DNA of 64,000 nt, taken from the IMG/VR virus record IMGVR_UViG_3300042374_001687, positions 64,001-128,000 of that record; one strand, given 5' to 3'. The stretch comes from a virus. The position numbers were made by a program, and so were the translations under genes. The notes under the pieces were generated by a model. That model saw only the letters and a list, made by a program, of their open reading frames with translations, ran no database searches and had not been told where the DNA came from. The first letter of the stretch is position 1. Each line of letters starts with the position of its first letter. Of this stretch, positions 18,510 through 26,963 are shown one piece after another.

Positions 18510-18971
18510 CTAGTCAATAGCATTTTCTAGCATTTCAAGAATATTGTCAGCATCGCCCCTGCTGTCCAGGATCTGATCTTCCAGAAACAGGGCGACATAA
18601 GTGGCATCAACATCGCAAGAGCCGATATTTTCAGCCTGGCTATGACGAAGGACATAGTTATTCACCACATCGTTCTCCATTTGCAATGCGGCTTCCAGAA
18701 GAGCCTTCGGGCAAGTCATTCCGGACTTAAAAGATCCGACATCGGACGGGACTCCACCTGCGATGCCTCGCCTGGTCTTCAGGCCAGTGATGAGCCTTCT
18801 GAACTGCTCTATGTGCTTCATTTCGCTGGCGGCTTGCTCCAAGAAGAACTCGCTCAGTTCTTGCCGGTGCAATCCCCGCACATTAGTGGCCGCTTGCATG
18901 TAAAAATGCCAATGTGCATATTCATTAGAAAGATCTAAAGTTAGTAGATCCACGAGTTCTTCAATTGTCAT
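18510..18971 (-). CDS. Ferritin-like (bacterioferritin/Dps superfamily) protein
   Basis: Four-helix bundle with 'LSNEY', 'EQAASEMKH', 'ALQMENDVVNNY' and 'LEDQILD'. Confidence 0.75.
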   Translation of the reverse strand: MTIEELVDLLTLDLSNEYAHWHFYMQAATNVRGLHRQELSEFFLEQAASEMKHIEQFRRLITGLKTRRGIAGGVPSDVGSFKSGMTCPKALLEAALQMENDVVNNYVLRHSQAENIGSCDVDATYVALFLEDQILDSRGDADNILEMLENAID

Positions 18972-19252
18972 TGGTCGCCTTTCTTTGTAAACATAGGTTC
19001 GCCATCCACATCGAATCCGCAGATTTCTACGGATCCCATTATGAAGTTTTTAAAAAGTATTTGGCCGATTCGCACATGGCCGCACCAGGCCACAACCTTC
19101 AGAACATCATCTAGTTCGGACATGCCTTGATTGAGACAAGCCGATACTATTTGATTGGTCTCTTCGTCTGAAAGGGACACATACCTTTTTTGATTATCGT
19201 CCCAGTGCAGGTCATCGGCGGGAATCAAATTGTTTAGAATATGATGATACAT
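18968..19252 (-). CDS. Hypothetical protein
   Basis: ATGA-coupled to the ferritin-like gene. Confidence 0.6.
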   Translation of the reverse strand: MYHHILNNLIPADDLHWDDNQKRYVSLSDEETNQIVSACLNQGMSELDDVLKVVAWCGHVRIGQILFKNFIMGSVEICGFDVDGEPMFTKKGDQ

Positions 19253-19275
19253 GATTTGGCCTTGTTGCCAATATC

Positions 19276-19491
19276 TTATTGATTCCTTCCGTGCCGGTCA
19301 ATGTCAAAAAATTTAATAGAACGGGCCTTCCACTTTTCCCACCACTGCTTCGTGAAAAATGCCGAAGTTGCATATATCACGCCGCCCATTATGGTTTTAA
19401 TCAGCCAAAATGAAGCACAGGTCACGACGATAAACCTTCTTTTGTCGCCCAAATCGTTTTTGTTTTCCATACCAATATCTATTTTGGACAC
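19276..19491 (-). CDS. Small membrane protein
   Basis: Hydrophobic central segment; start uncertain. Confidence 0.45.
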   Translation of the reverse strand: MSKIDIGMENKNDLGDKRRFIVVTCASFWLIKTIMGGVIYATSAFFTKQWWEKWKARSIKFFDIDRHGRNQ

Positions 19492-19505
19492 ATATAATAG
19501 AATGT

Positions 19506-21320
19506 ATGCAAAATGGAAAAAATCAATTTCCCGAGGGGTTGGCCTATCCCACCGAGCCTTTTGAAGACTTTTATTTCAAATTTCGGAATACAAAGGAGAT
19601 GATCGAACATCCCGAATGGGATGAAATTTATTCAACTTATTACGAACTAGATCCCTACGAAATCGGAATTCCCGTGGGCGAGAAAGTTGAAGATCTTAAT
19701 TCCTTCCCCGCCGAGAAGCAGATAGAAGAGGTCATAAAGTGCGCAAAAAGTTTCTTCTATTTTTGCCACCGCTATGTGAAAATCCTACACCCAAAGTTCG
19801 GAACGATCCCATTTGTGCTCTACAAATACCAGCGGAGGGTCATAAAGGAGTACGAATCCAAAAGATTCAACATGATAAGCAAGTTCCGACAGGGGGGTCT
19901 AAGCACCGTCACGGTTCTCTGGGGACTTTGGAAGTGCATGTTCCAAAAAGACCAGCAGATATACTTTCTGTCAAAGACGGACCGAGAGGCTCTGGCCGCA
20001 GGTGATATAGCCAGAAGGGCCATGGACAACTTTCCTTACTGGATGTATGACAAAAATAACGCAGACATAACAAAGCACGAGAAGAGTTTCAACGATGTAG
20101 GGTCAAAAATATGTTTCTATACGCCCGAGGCGGCTCGAGGCAAGTCTGCCACATACATCATGATAGACGAGGCGGCATTCATAGAAAAAATGGACGAACA
20201 CTGGAAAGCGATGTATCCCGTGATCGCAACGGGAGGACACATAGAGATAATCTCTACCGTCAATGGTTTGGGGAACTGGTATGAGGAGACATACCATGAG
20301 GCCCAGGCCGGGAGAAATTTTTTTAACATCATAGACTTGGACTACTGGGAGCACCCCGTGTATGCGAATCCCGAATGGGCGGCTGCCATGAGGGCGAACT
20401 TGGGGGAAAAGGGGTGGCAACAAGAAGTGCTGCGAGATTTCTTGGGCTCGGGCGATACTTACATATCTTCAAATGTGATAAGCCAATACGACAGAGGAGC
20501 CAGAAGTACGGTTCCTGTCAGGACCGCCTTTTCTAAATGGACAAATGAATCGCAGCAAAAGCAGCAGTGGGATGACGGTGCCTTGTGGATATGGAAAGAG
20601 CCAATGGTGGGGCACGAGTACATAATAGGTGCGGACTGTGCCGAGGGAGTCGGAAAGGACGGCGACAACTCGTGCTTCCAGATAATAGACGCGGTTAGTC
20701 TAGAACAAGTCGCCGAATTCTACAGCAATTTGGTTCCTCCAAATGTATTCGCCCAGATAATAAACCAGATAGGCATATACTACAACACGGCGACCGTGGT
20801 GGTAGAAAACAATTCAGTAGGAGGTGCGGTCTTAAACAGCTTGAGCAACGACATGGGGTACGAAGCTCTCTATTATGAAAGTAGAAAGTCATCCACCAAG
20901 TTGGGAATCAAAATGGGCCCCTCTAACAGACCAATATTCCTGGAGGCTATGCAGAACAGACTCATGAATGGAACGGTCAGGATAAACAGTCATCGTTTAG
21001 TGAACGAGCTGAAGACCTTCATATACAGCCCCCAGAAAAAGCGAGCCGAGGCGATAAAAGGAAAGCACGACGACGCAATCATGGCCTTGTGCCTCGCTCT
21101 GTATGTCAGGGACGAAAGAATAAGGGGATTGCCTCTGGACATTGAGTACGCGGAACAATCTATACTTGCAAAAAACAGACCAGTAGATGACATAAAAAAA
21201 GAGATACTCGAGGGAGGAGTTTCTGACTGGTTTGAGATAAGATCTGGGGAGGACTCTTTTGCCGAGGATAAGCAAGACAGCAGAAAAAACAGTCCTATAC
21301 TCAAGGAATTTGGATGGTAG
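19506..21320 (+). CDS. Terminase large subunit (T4 gp17-like)
   Basis: Walker A 'KFRQGGLST', Walker B 'IMIDEAA', coupling motif 'ISTVNG', nuclease 'IGADCAEG' and 'HDDAIMA'. Confidence 0.95.
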   Translation: MQNGKNQFPEGLAYPTEPFEDFYFKFRNTKEMIEHPEWDEIYSTYYELDPYEIGIPVGEKVEDLNSFPAEKQIEEVIKCAKSFFYFCHRYVKILHPKFGTIPFVLYKYQRRVIKEYESKRFNMISKFRQGGLSTVTVLWGLWKCMFQKDQQIYFLSKTDREALAAGDIARRAMDNFPYWMYDKNNADITKHEKSFNDVGSKICFYTPEAARGKSATYIMIDEAAFIEKMDEHWKAMYPVIATGGHIEIISTVNGLGNWYEETYHEAQAGRNFFNIIDLDYWEHPVYANPEWAAAMRANLGEKGWQQEVLRDFLGSGDTYISSNVISQYDRGARSTVPVRTAFSKWTNESQQKQQWDDGALWIWKEPMVGHEYIIGADCAEGVGKDGDNSCFQIIDAVSLEQVAEFYSNLVPPNVFAQIINQIGIYYNTATVVVENNSVGGAVLNSLSNDMGYEALYYESRKSSTKLGIKMGPSNRPIFLEAMQNRLMNGTVRINSHRLVNELKTFIYSPQKKRAEAIKGKHDDAIMALCLALYVRDERIRGLPLDIEYAEQSILAKNRPVDDIKKEILEGGVSDWFEIRSGEDSFAEDKQDSRKNSPILKEFGW

Positions 21321-21333
21321 AAAGGGGGCTTGA

Positions 21334-21624
21334 TTGAAAAACGAAGAGATGAAGAGAGTGATAGGAAGGGCTATTGAATGTTGCACGGGGCATCACATGC
21401 AAGGGGTGAAGCGAAAGTTGATTGGCGTATTGCATGAAATATCAGAAATAGAAGATAAAAAAGTGCGAAGAAGGTCTGTGGACGATATTTACAAGCAGTG
21501 GACGGCAGAAAAATCCTCATCGGTCGCCAAGATGAGCGAAGTTCAAGCTAAAAACGCTCTCGGCGAAATAGAGAACATGATCAATACAGAGCACAGAAAG
21601 ATCGGGGGGGGCGGAGAGCGATAG
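21334..21624 (+). CDS. Hypothetical protein
   Basis: ORF directly after the terminase, with GGGGG RBS. Confidence 0.55.
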   Translation: MKNEEMKRVIGRAIECCTGHHMQGVKRKLIGVLHEISEIEDKKVRRRSVDDIYKQWTAEKSSSVAKMSEVQAKNALGEIENMINTEHRKIGGGGER

Positions 21625-21737
21625 AGGCACGCTAATGGACTGAGGCGGCGATCAGCCAGTCCCAGTTCAATCCAATCAAATAGCCCACAAGAAAAGCAAG
21701 AGCACACACAAAGACGACGGCGTTGTTGGCTAAAAAT

Positions 21738-21950
21738 TTAAAAATATGTTCCATTGATGTCGTTTCCTATTCTTTTGGTCGTAATGTCACGGACCGTTTG
21801 CAACCACAAAATTTCTTTTTCTGACATTTCAACATTTGAAGTCAAGACGAAGTCGGCCCCGATCCATTCGCCTATCTGCTCCTTCGTTCCATCTTTGCGA
21901 CGCTTTAAGAGCACATATTTATCCAATGATTTCATTTGATAGTCTTCCAT
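21738..21950 (-). CDS. Small hypothetical protein
   Basis: ORF MEDYQMKSLDK...; start uncertain. Confidence 0.35.
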   Translation of the reverse strand: MEDYQMKSLDKYVLLKRRKDGTKEQIGEWIGADFVLTSNVEMSEKEILWLQTVRDITTKRIGNDINGTYF

Positions 21951-22113
21951 GAAGTAGTTGGTAGACTCAATATTGCCGAAATCGCACTTGTAGTGGATCA
22001 CATTTTTTCCTATTCATCTAAAAACGGAATTATAGCAGAGATTGCGGCAATAAACAATGCCCAATCCGATATATATGAATAGAGATGATATCCATTAAAC
22101 AAGGAGGTTTAAA

Positions 22114-22416
22114 ATGGATGCAAGAACAAGACTTGAGATGGCCAGAGGCAAGGTGGCCAATGCAAAAAAAATGCAAGCGGAAATAATTTCCGCCACTCAA
22201 CAGATTCAAGATCTTGAAGACAGAACGATAGAAAACTCTTCTGCTCTCGTGAAATACAGACAAAATTTTACTGTGCCTGCGGTCTGGGTTCCTAAGCAAG
22301 GCATAAGAATATCAAACATACCTCAGATCCCAGCAGAAAAGATATCAAATATTAGTACATACATTCAAGCCAACGTTAAAAGAATTGACGGTGGCGATCT
22401 TGATGAGACTGGGTGA
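22114..22416 (+). CDS. Small fibre-associated protein
   Basis: AAGGAGG RBS. Ends in 'IDGGDLD', similar to the 'LDGG' ending of the following fibre. Confidence 0.6.
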   Translation: MDARTRLEMARGKVANAKKMQAEIISATQQIQDLEDRTIENSSALVKYRQNFTVPAVWVPKQGIRISNIPQIPAEKISNISTYIQANVKRIDGGDLDETG

Positions 22417-22443
22417 TTTGCAATAACCAAGGAGAAAAAGAAG

Positions 22444-24420
22444 ATGGCAGCAGAAACAATTATTCAGATACGCAGAGGTCTTGCGGCAACATGGACGGAG
22501 CTCAATCCGGTCCTGGCGGCTGGCGAGATGGGTCTGGAGACGGACACAAAGAAGGCCAAGATCGGCAACGGCTCGACCGCTTGGAATAGCTTGGCCTATT
22601 CAATCGGCCAAGTTGACAACATCAATTTTAGCGGCAACACGATCAGCTCCACCGACGCGAACGGCGACATAACGCTCGATCCGAACGGAACGGGCGACGT
22701 CAGAATTGCCGACAGTGCTGACCTGTATGTCGGTGGCGATGTCTATGCGAACAACAAGAGACTAGCGACCTTGGAGTATGTTGACGCTGTCAAGCAAGGC
22801 TTGGACGTCAAGGATTCGGTCAGGGTTGCGACGACTGGAAACATCACATTGTCGGGCGAGCAGGAAGTTGACGGCGTATCCTTGGTCGCCGGTAACCGCG
22901 TGCTAGTCAAGAATCAGACCACAGCCAGCCAGAACGGCATTTATGTCGTTGCTGCTGGTTCTTGGACGAGAGCCGACGATGCCAACGCCGATGCCGATGT
23001 TACATCTGGTCTCTTCACATTCGTGGAGCAAGGCACGGTTAATCAGGACAGCGGTTGGGTTTTGACCACAGACGGGGCGATCACAGTCGGAACGACCTCG
23101 CTTGCTTTCGCGCAGTTTAGTGGTGCGGGCTCGGTTACAGCCGGCGCCGGCCTCACAAAGAGTGGAAACACTCTTGATGTTGGCGGCACTGCTGACAGAA
23201 TCACTGTCAATTCCGACAGCGTCGACATTGCCAGCACCTATGCCGGTCAGTCCAGCATCACCACGCTCGGCACGGTGACGACGGGAACTTGGAATGGTAC
23301 AACGGTCGGGCTCAGCTATGGCGGCACGGGAGCTACGGACGCCTCGGGTGCTCGCTCAAACCTCGGCCTCGTGATCGGAACGGATGTTCAGGCGTACGAT
23401 GCTGAGTTGGCGGCTCTTGCCGGCACAACCAGTGCGGCTGACGCTCTTCCGTACTTCACAGGTGCGGGCACAGCGACGACAACAACGATGACGAGCTTTG
23501 CTCGTGGCCTTCTCGACGACACCAGCGCGTCGGACGCCCGCACAACGCTCGGCGTTGTGATCGGCACCGACGTTCAGGCGTACGATGCTGAGTTGGCTGC
23601 TATCGCTGGCCTGACCAGCGCTGCTGACGCTCTCCCGTACTTCACGGGTGCGGGCACAGCTGCGGTGACCACGCTGTCCAGCTTCGGCAGATCGCTTGTT
23701 GACGACGCCAGTGCGTCGGACGCCCGCACAACGCTCGGCGTTGTGATCGGCACCGACGTTCAAGCGTACGATGCTGAGTTGGCTGCTATCGCTGGCCTGA
23801 CCAGCGCTGCTGACGCTCTCCCGTACTTCACGGGTGCGGGCACAGCTGCGGTGACCACGCTGTCCAGCTTCGGCAGATCGCTTGTTGACGACGCCAGTGC
23901 GTCGGACGCCCGCACAACGCTCGGCGTTGTGATCGGCACCGACGTTCAAGCGTACGATGCCGAACTCGCGGCCCTCGCGGGTCTGACAAGTGCTGCTGAC
24001 GCTCTCCCGTACTTCACAGGCACGGGAACAGCGGCGACAACGACGATGACGAGCTTTGCTCGTGGCCTCCTTGATGACGCAAGCGCGTCGGATGCCCGCA
24101 CAACGCTCGGCGTTGTGATCGGCACTGACGTTCAGGCGTACAACAGCACTCTTGCTGCTGTGGCTGCCGGAACCTACACGGGTGACGACAGCATCACGAC
24201 TGTCGGAACCGTGACGGCGGGCACATGGAATGCCAGCGTGGTCGGATCCACCTACGGTGGAACCGGGCTCTCGAGCTACGCTGCTGGCGATATCATCTAC
24301 GCCTCCGCGACGGACACCTTGGCCAAGTTGGCTAAGGGAACCGGCTACCAGTTCTTGAAGATGAACTCGGCCGGCACCGCTCCGGAATGGTCCAGCTCGC
24401 TGGACGGCGGCACCCCGTGA
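22444..24420 (+). CDS. Tail fibre / receptor-binding protein with Mtd_N-like N-terminal domain
   Basis: '[31 protein letters not shown]' N-domain, '[15 protein letters not shown]' domain and 62-aa repeats. GC-rich codons. Confidence 0.8.
   Translation: MAAETIIQIRRGLAATWTELNPVLAAGEMGLETDTKKAKIGNGSTAWNSLAYSIGQVDNINFSGNTISSTDANGDITLDPNGTGDVRIADSADLYVGGDVYANNKRLATLEYVDAVKQGLDVKDSVRVATTGNITLSGEQEVDGVSLVAGNRVLVKNQTTASQNGIYVVAAGSWTRADDANADADVTSGLFTFVEQGTVNQDSGWVLTTDGAITVGTTSLAFAQFSGAGSVTAGAGLTKSGNTLDVGGTADRITVNSDSVDIASTYAGQSSITTLGTVTTGTWNGTTVGLSYGGTGATDASGARSNLGLVIGTDVQAYDAELAALAGTTSAADALPYFTGAGTATTTTMTSFARGLLDDTSASDARTTLGVVIGTDVQAYDAELAAIAGLTSAADALPYFTGAGTAAVTTLSSFGRSLVDDASASDARTTLGVVIGTDVQAYDAELAAIAGLTSAADALPYFTGAGTAAVTTLSSFGRSLVDDASASDARTTLGVVIGTDVQAYDAELAALAGLTSAADALPYFTGTGTAATTTMTSFARGLLDDASASDARTTLGVVIGTDVQAYNSTLAAVAAGTYTGDDSITTVGTVTAGTWNASVVGSTYGGTGLSSYAAGDIIYASATDTLAKLAKGTGYQFLKMNSAGTAPEWSSSLDGGTP
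23371..24140 (+). repeat. 186-bp (62-aa) tandem repeat x4 plus partial within the tail fibre
   Basis: 'gtgatcgg' unit starts at 23371, 23557, 23743, 23929 and 24115. Copies 2 and 3 are near-identical. Confidence 0.95.
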
Positions 24421-24440
24421 TTTGACTCACGGAGTTGATT

Positions 24441-24482
24441 CAAAAGGCGGCTCGCCCCGAAAGGGGCGGGCCGTTTTTTTTG
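24441..24482 (+). terminator. Intrinsic terminator after the tail fibre
   Basis: gcggctcgcccc-gaaa-ggggcgggccgt followed by a T-run. Confidence 0.85.
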
Positions 24483-24542
24483 CTAGATAACCAAAGCAAT
24501 GGAGTGTTGTAAAACTAAATATGTTACACGAACAATCCAAGG

Positions 24543-24917
24543 ATGCAAATGTTTGAATACGAATATAATACAAAGATAAGGATCGTAGGTTGTGCTGAGA
24601 TAAAGTTAAAGAAAAACTTTTTGGCTTTGTTTCAAGTCGGATCAAAAGTTTATATTAAGAAAAATGCGAGGATCGGAGAAATGAGGTCGGTGGTCATAAA
24701 AAGATTCTCCAAGTCTCTGGCTCACAGTCTTAATGTGGAAAGCAATCCACAAATCATGTACACAGACACATTCAACAGGGTGTGGGCGGAGAATGAATTG
24801 TTATCAGAAGAAAACGCTGCGGATCAGGCGCTGTTGTATTTAAAGAACATACAAGAAGAAGGAAGGAGGCTATTTGAAGAAAATGGATGCTTCCCAATTA
24901 ACCCAGAAAACTGCTAG
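24543..24917 (+). CDS. Hypothetical protein
   Basis: 124-aa ORF with AAGGA RBS. Confidence 0.55.
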   Translation: MQMFEYEYNTKIRIVGCAEIKLKKNFLALFQVGSKVYIKKNARIGEMRSVVIKRFSKSLAHSLNVESNPQIMYTDTFNRVWAENELLSEENAADQALLYLKNIQEEGRRLFEENGCFPINPENC

Positions 24918-25657
24918 ATCAAAAAGCTTTCTTTGAAATTCTTGGTTATGTTCGCACGACCCCATTCTATGGAAGAATTGGCGACATAGTTTTTGCTAGT
25001 CGCAGCGTCTTCGCATATATTCATGCTCAAGTCTCTGGTGACCTCTATCTGCTTGAGTTGGCAGTTTTTTGTTCTAATTTCATTGGGATGGGGTATGCAC
25101 GAACAAATTTTCGGTGGGGTAAAAAGTTCTAGATTGTTTTGCATTCTCACCCTGAACTGATAGTTCATGTCGTCATAGCCCCAACCGAGATGAATACTTT
25201 CATCGTAGCCGTTGACTGAGTAGAAGTCCTTCCTTGTCGCAGCGACGAGGCCGGCACAACCATTATTTCCATACATATCCTCACTTTCAAAAGCCATCAC
25301 CATTCTTTTGCCCGAAGAAAATGCAGAATCCAAGTATTCGCAAAAACCTTCTGGGATGAATATGTCGCAGTCCAAATTCATAAGAATGTCGCCCGTGGCG
25401 ACCTTGTGGGCTATGTTCTTTGCATGAGCCGCCACCCAGTACCTCGGCTCTTTTGTTTGAACAAAAACTACTCTTCCTGATTCAATATATCCAGAAAGAT
25501 TTTCTTTTACCCAGTCTTCTAGCCCGTCTTTGCTATTATAGTCGAGAAGGACGAACTCCACATTTGATAACGATTTGGAACTTTCTATGTTGTGAACATA
25601 AGTCTGTTCCAGATGAAACAGCCTGTCCATGGATGTGGTGCAGAATGATATCTTCAT
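24914..25657 (-). CDS. Glycosyltransferase family 2 (GT-A) with GT7-like C-terminal motif
   Basis: 'ISFCTT', 'LLDYNS.DG', 'AKNIAH', DxD 'NLDCD' and 'VNGYDE...GWGYDD'. Confidence 0.85.
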   Translation of the reverse strand: MKISFCTTSMDRLFHLEQTYVHNIESSKSLSNVEFVLLDYNSKDGLEDWVKENLSGYIESGRVVFVQTKEPRYWVAAHAKNIAHKVATGDILMNLDCDIFIPEGFCEYLDSAFSSGKRMVMAFESEDMYGNNGCAGLVAATRKDFYSVNGYDESIHLGWGYDDMNYQFRVRMQNNLELFTPPKICSCIPHPNEIRTKNCQLKQIEVTRDLSMNICEDAATSKNYVANSSIEWGRANITKNFKESFLI

Positions 25658-26283
25658 TTTTGCTTAAAAAATCCAACGACTGTCGCTCTGCAATGGTCGC
25701 CGGCATCGTTATCTACTCTGTTTATGGAGTGCCAAACGCCGGGTCTGGTGAGGACAAGCCTGTTGGGCTTGCAAGTTATGTATGTTCCGGCTCCAAAATG
25801 GGACAAGAAAACATCCTCGTTCTTGTGGTCCAAATGAGGGGGGCTCACGCTGAATCCGGAAGGGGTCCTGGCCAGCATCAGTTCTCCGCCCCATGTGGAG
25901 GCCCATTCGGGATGGGCGTAAAAGATCGCGGCCCCAGAATACCCGAGGTCATTGTGCCAGTTCAATTTTGTTCCGCGCGGGTAAAGGTATGATCTCAAGA
26001 CAAGTTCGTCGCAACTCAATATTATTTGGGGATGCATCTTGGCAGCCTCCATGATAATAAACTTCATTAAGTCCATGTAGTTGCCAAATGAATCCGGACC
26101 CACATTGTAATCCCTAGTGCCCACCGGAGATCCGTCCGTTATTCTCCAAACCTTGGACCAGTTATTGATGTGCGGGATTAGAAATTCGTCGGACTGTATG
26201 GCCATCCATACCTTTTCAAACTGTTCGTTGTCCAGAACTTCGTCGTATATTGCGTAGTCGTTCGTTTCTTCAACTCTTATCAT
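25654..26283 (-). CDS. 2-oxoglutarate/Fe(II) dioxygenase (prolyl-4-hydroxylase-like)
   Basis: HxD 'LNWHND', 'WGGEL', 'KPNRLVL', distal H 'VWHSI' and 2OG-binding R 'CRATVVGF'. ATG 26283 overlaps the upstream stop. Confidence 0.85.
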   Translation of the reverse strand: MIRVEETNDYAIYDEVLDNEQFEKVWMAIQSDEFLIPHINNWSKVWRITDGSPVGTRDYNVGPDSFGNYMDLMKFIIMEAAKMHPQIILSCDELVLRSYLYPRGTKLNWHNDLGYSGAAIFYAHPEWASTWGGELMLARTPSGFSVSPPHLDHKNEDVFLSHFGAGTYITCKPNRLVLTRPGVWHSINRVDNDAGDHCRATVVGFFKQK

Positions 26284-26879
26284 AATGATCTTCTTAGTTT
26301 TAGCCTGTTCAAATAATAATAGTATCTCTCGTAAGCGTCTTGGCACTCCTCTATCAGATTTTCCTTAAATATGTCATTCATCCCAGAGGAAAAATGATTA
26401 AATTCGGTCTTTAATTGCGTGGACAGCCCCAAGTAATGTTCTATTATAGGAAATGCCGTTCCTTTCGCAAGATCATCCCAAGTGAGAAGCACCGAATCTG
26501 GGGATCGTTTGGCCATCTCGCAGATTCTTCTGAGCCTAAACCTATAGTATTTTGCCGCATCTTCTTGTGTGTACTTCTTGTCTCTAAGCGTCATTATCTC
26601 GTTTAATGACGCTCTGGCGGGCCTTATCACATATATGAACTTGCAAAAATCAAAGAAGGACTTGTGAGAAAGGGACATGTTAAAGAGGAGGTGATCCCCG
26701 TAAACGGCCGAACTGTCGCGGCACTTGTGTCCTGCGGCAAACATCCACTCCAGCGAAGAGGGATTGTTGTACTGGGCTTCGGAATCGTGTATTTGGCATC
26801 TCGGGTTTTTATTGAGCACATCCACCAGATCAGCAGATCCGGATCCGAGATGGCTGACGATAAAACAGACTCTTTTCAT
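26280..26879 (-). CDS. Sulfotransferase-like P-loop protein
   Basis: 'FIVSHLGSGSADL..VLNKNP', 'KFIYVIR.....LN' and 'LLTWDDL' follow the sulfotransferase pattern, but the PAPS-loop is degenerate. Confidence 0.55.
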   Translation of the reverse strand: MKRVCFIVSHLGSGSADLVDVLNKNPRCQIHDSEAQYNNPSSLEWMFAAGHKCRDSSAVYGDHLLFNMSLSHKSFFDFCKFIYVIRPARASLNEIMTLRDKKYTQEDAAKYYRFRLRRICEMAKRSPDSVLLTWDDLAKGTAFPIIEHYLGLSTQLKTEFNHFSSGMNDIFKENLIEECQDAYERYYYYLNRLKLRRSL

Positions 26880-26963
26880 GGCGCGATGGCTTAGTATTTA
26901 AGCCTTTTTGGGGCGGGTTCGACTATAATAGTAGAGTCGGCGTATAGATAAACCAAAAGAGAG

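Noticed and set aside
22444-24420. Diversity-generating retroelement targeting the Mtd_N-containing fibre
   Set aside because: No reverse transcriptase and no template/variable repeat pair differing at adenines. The repeats are ordinary tandem duplications.
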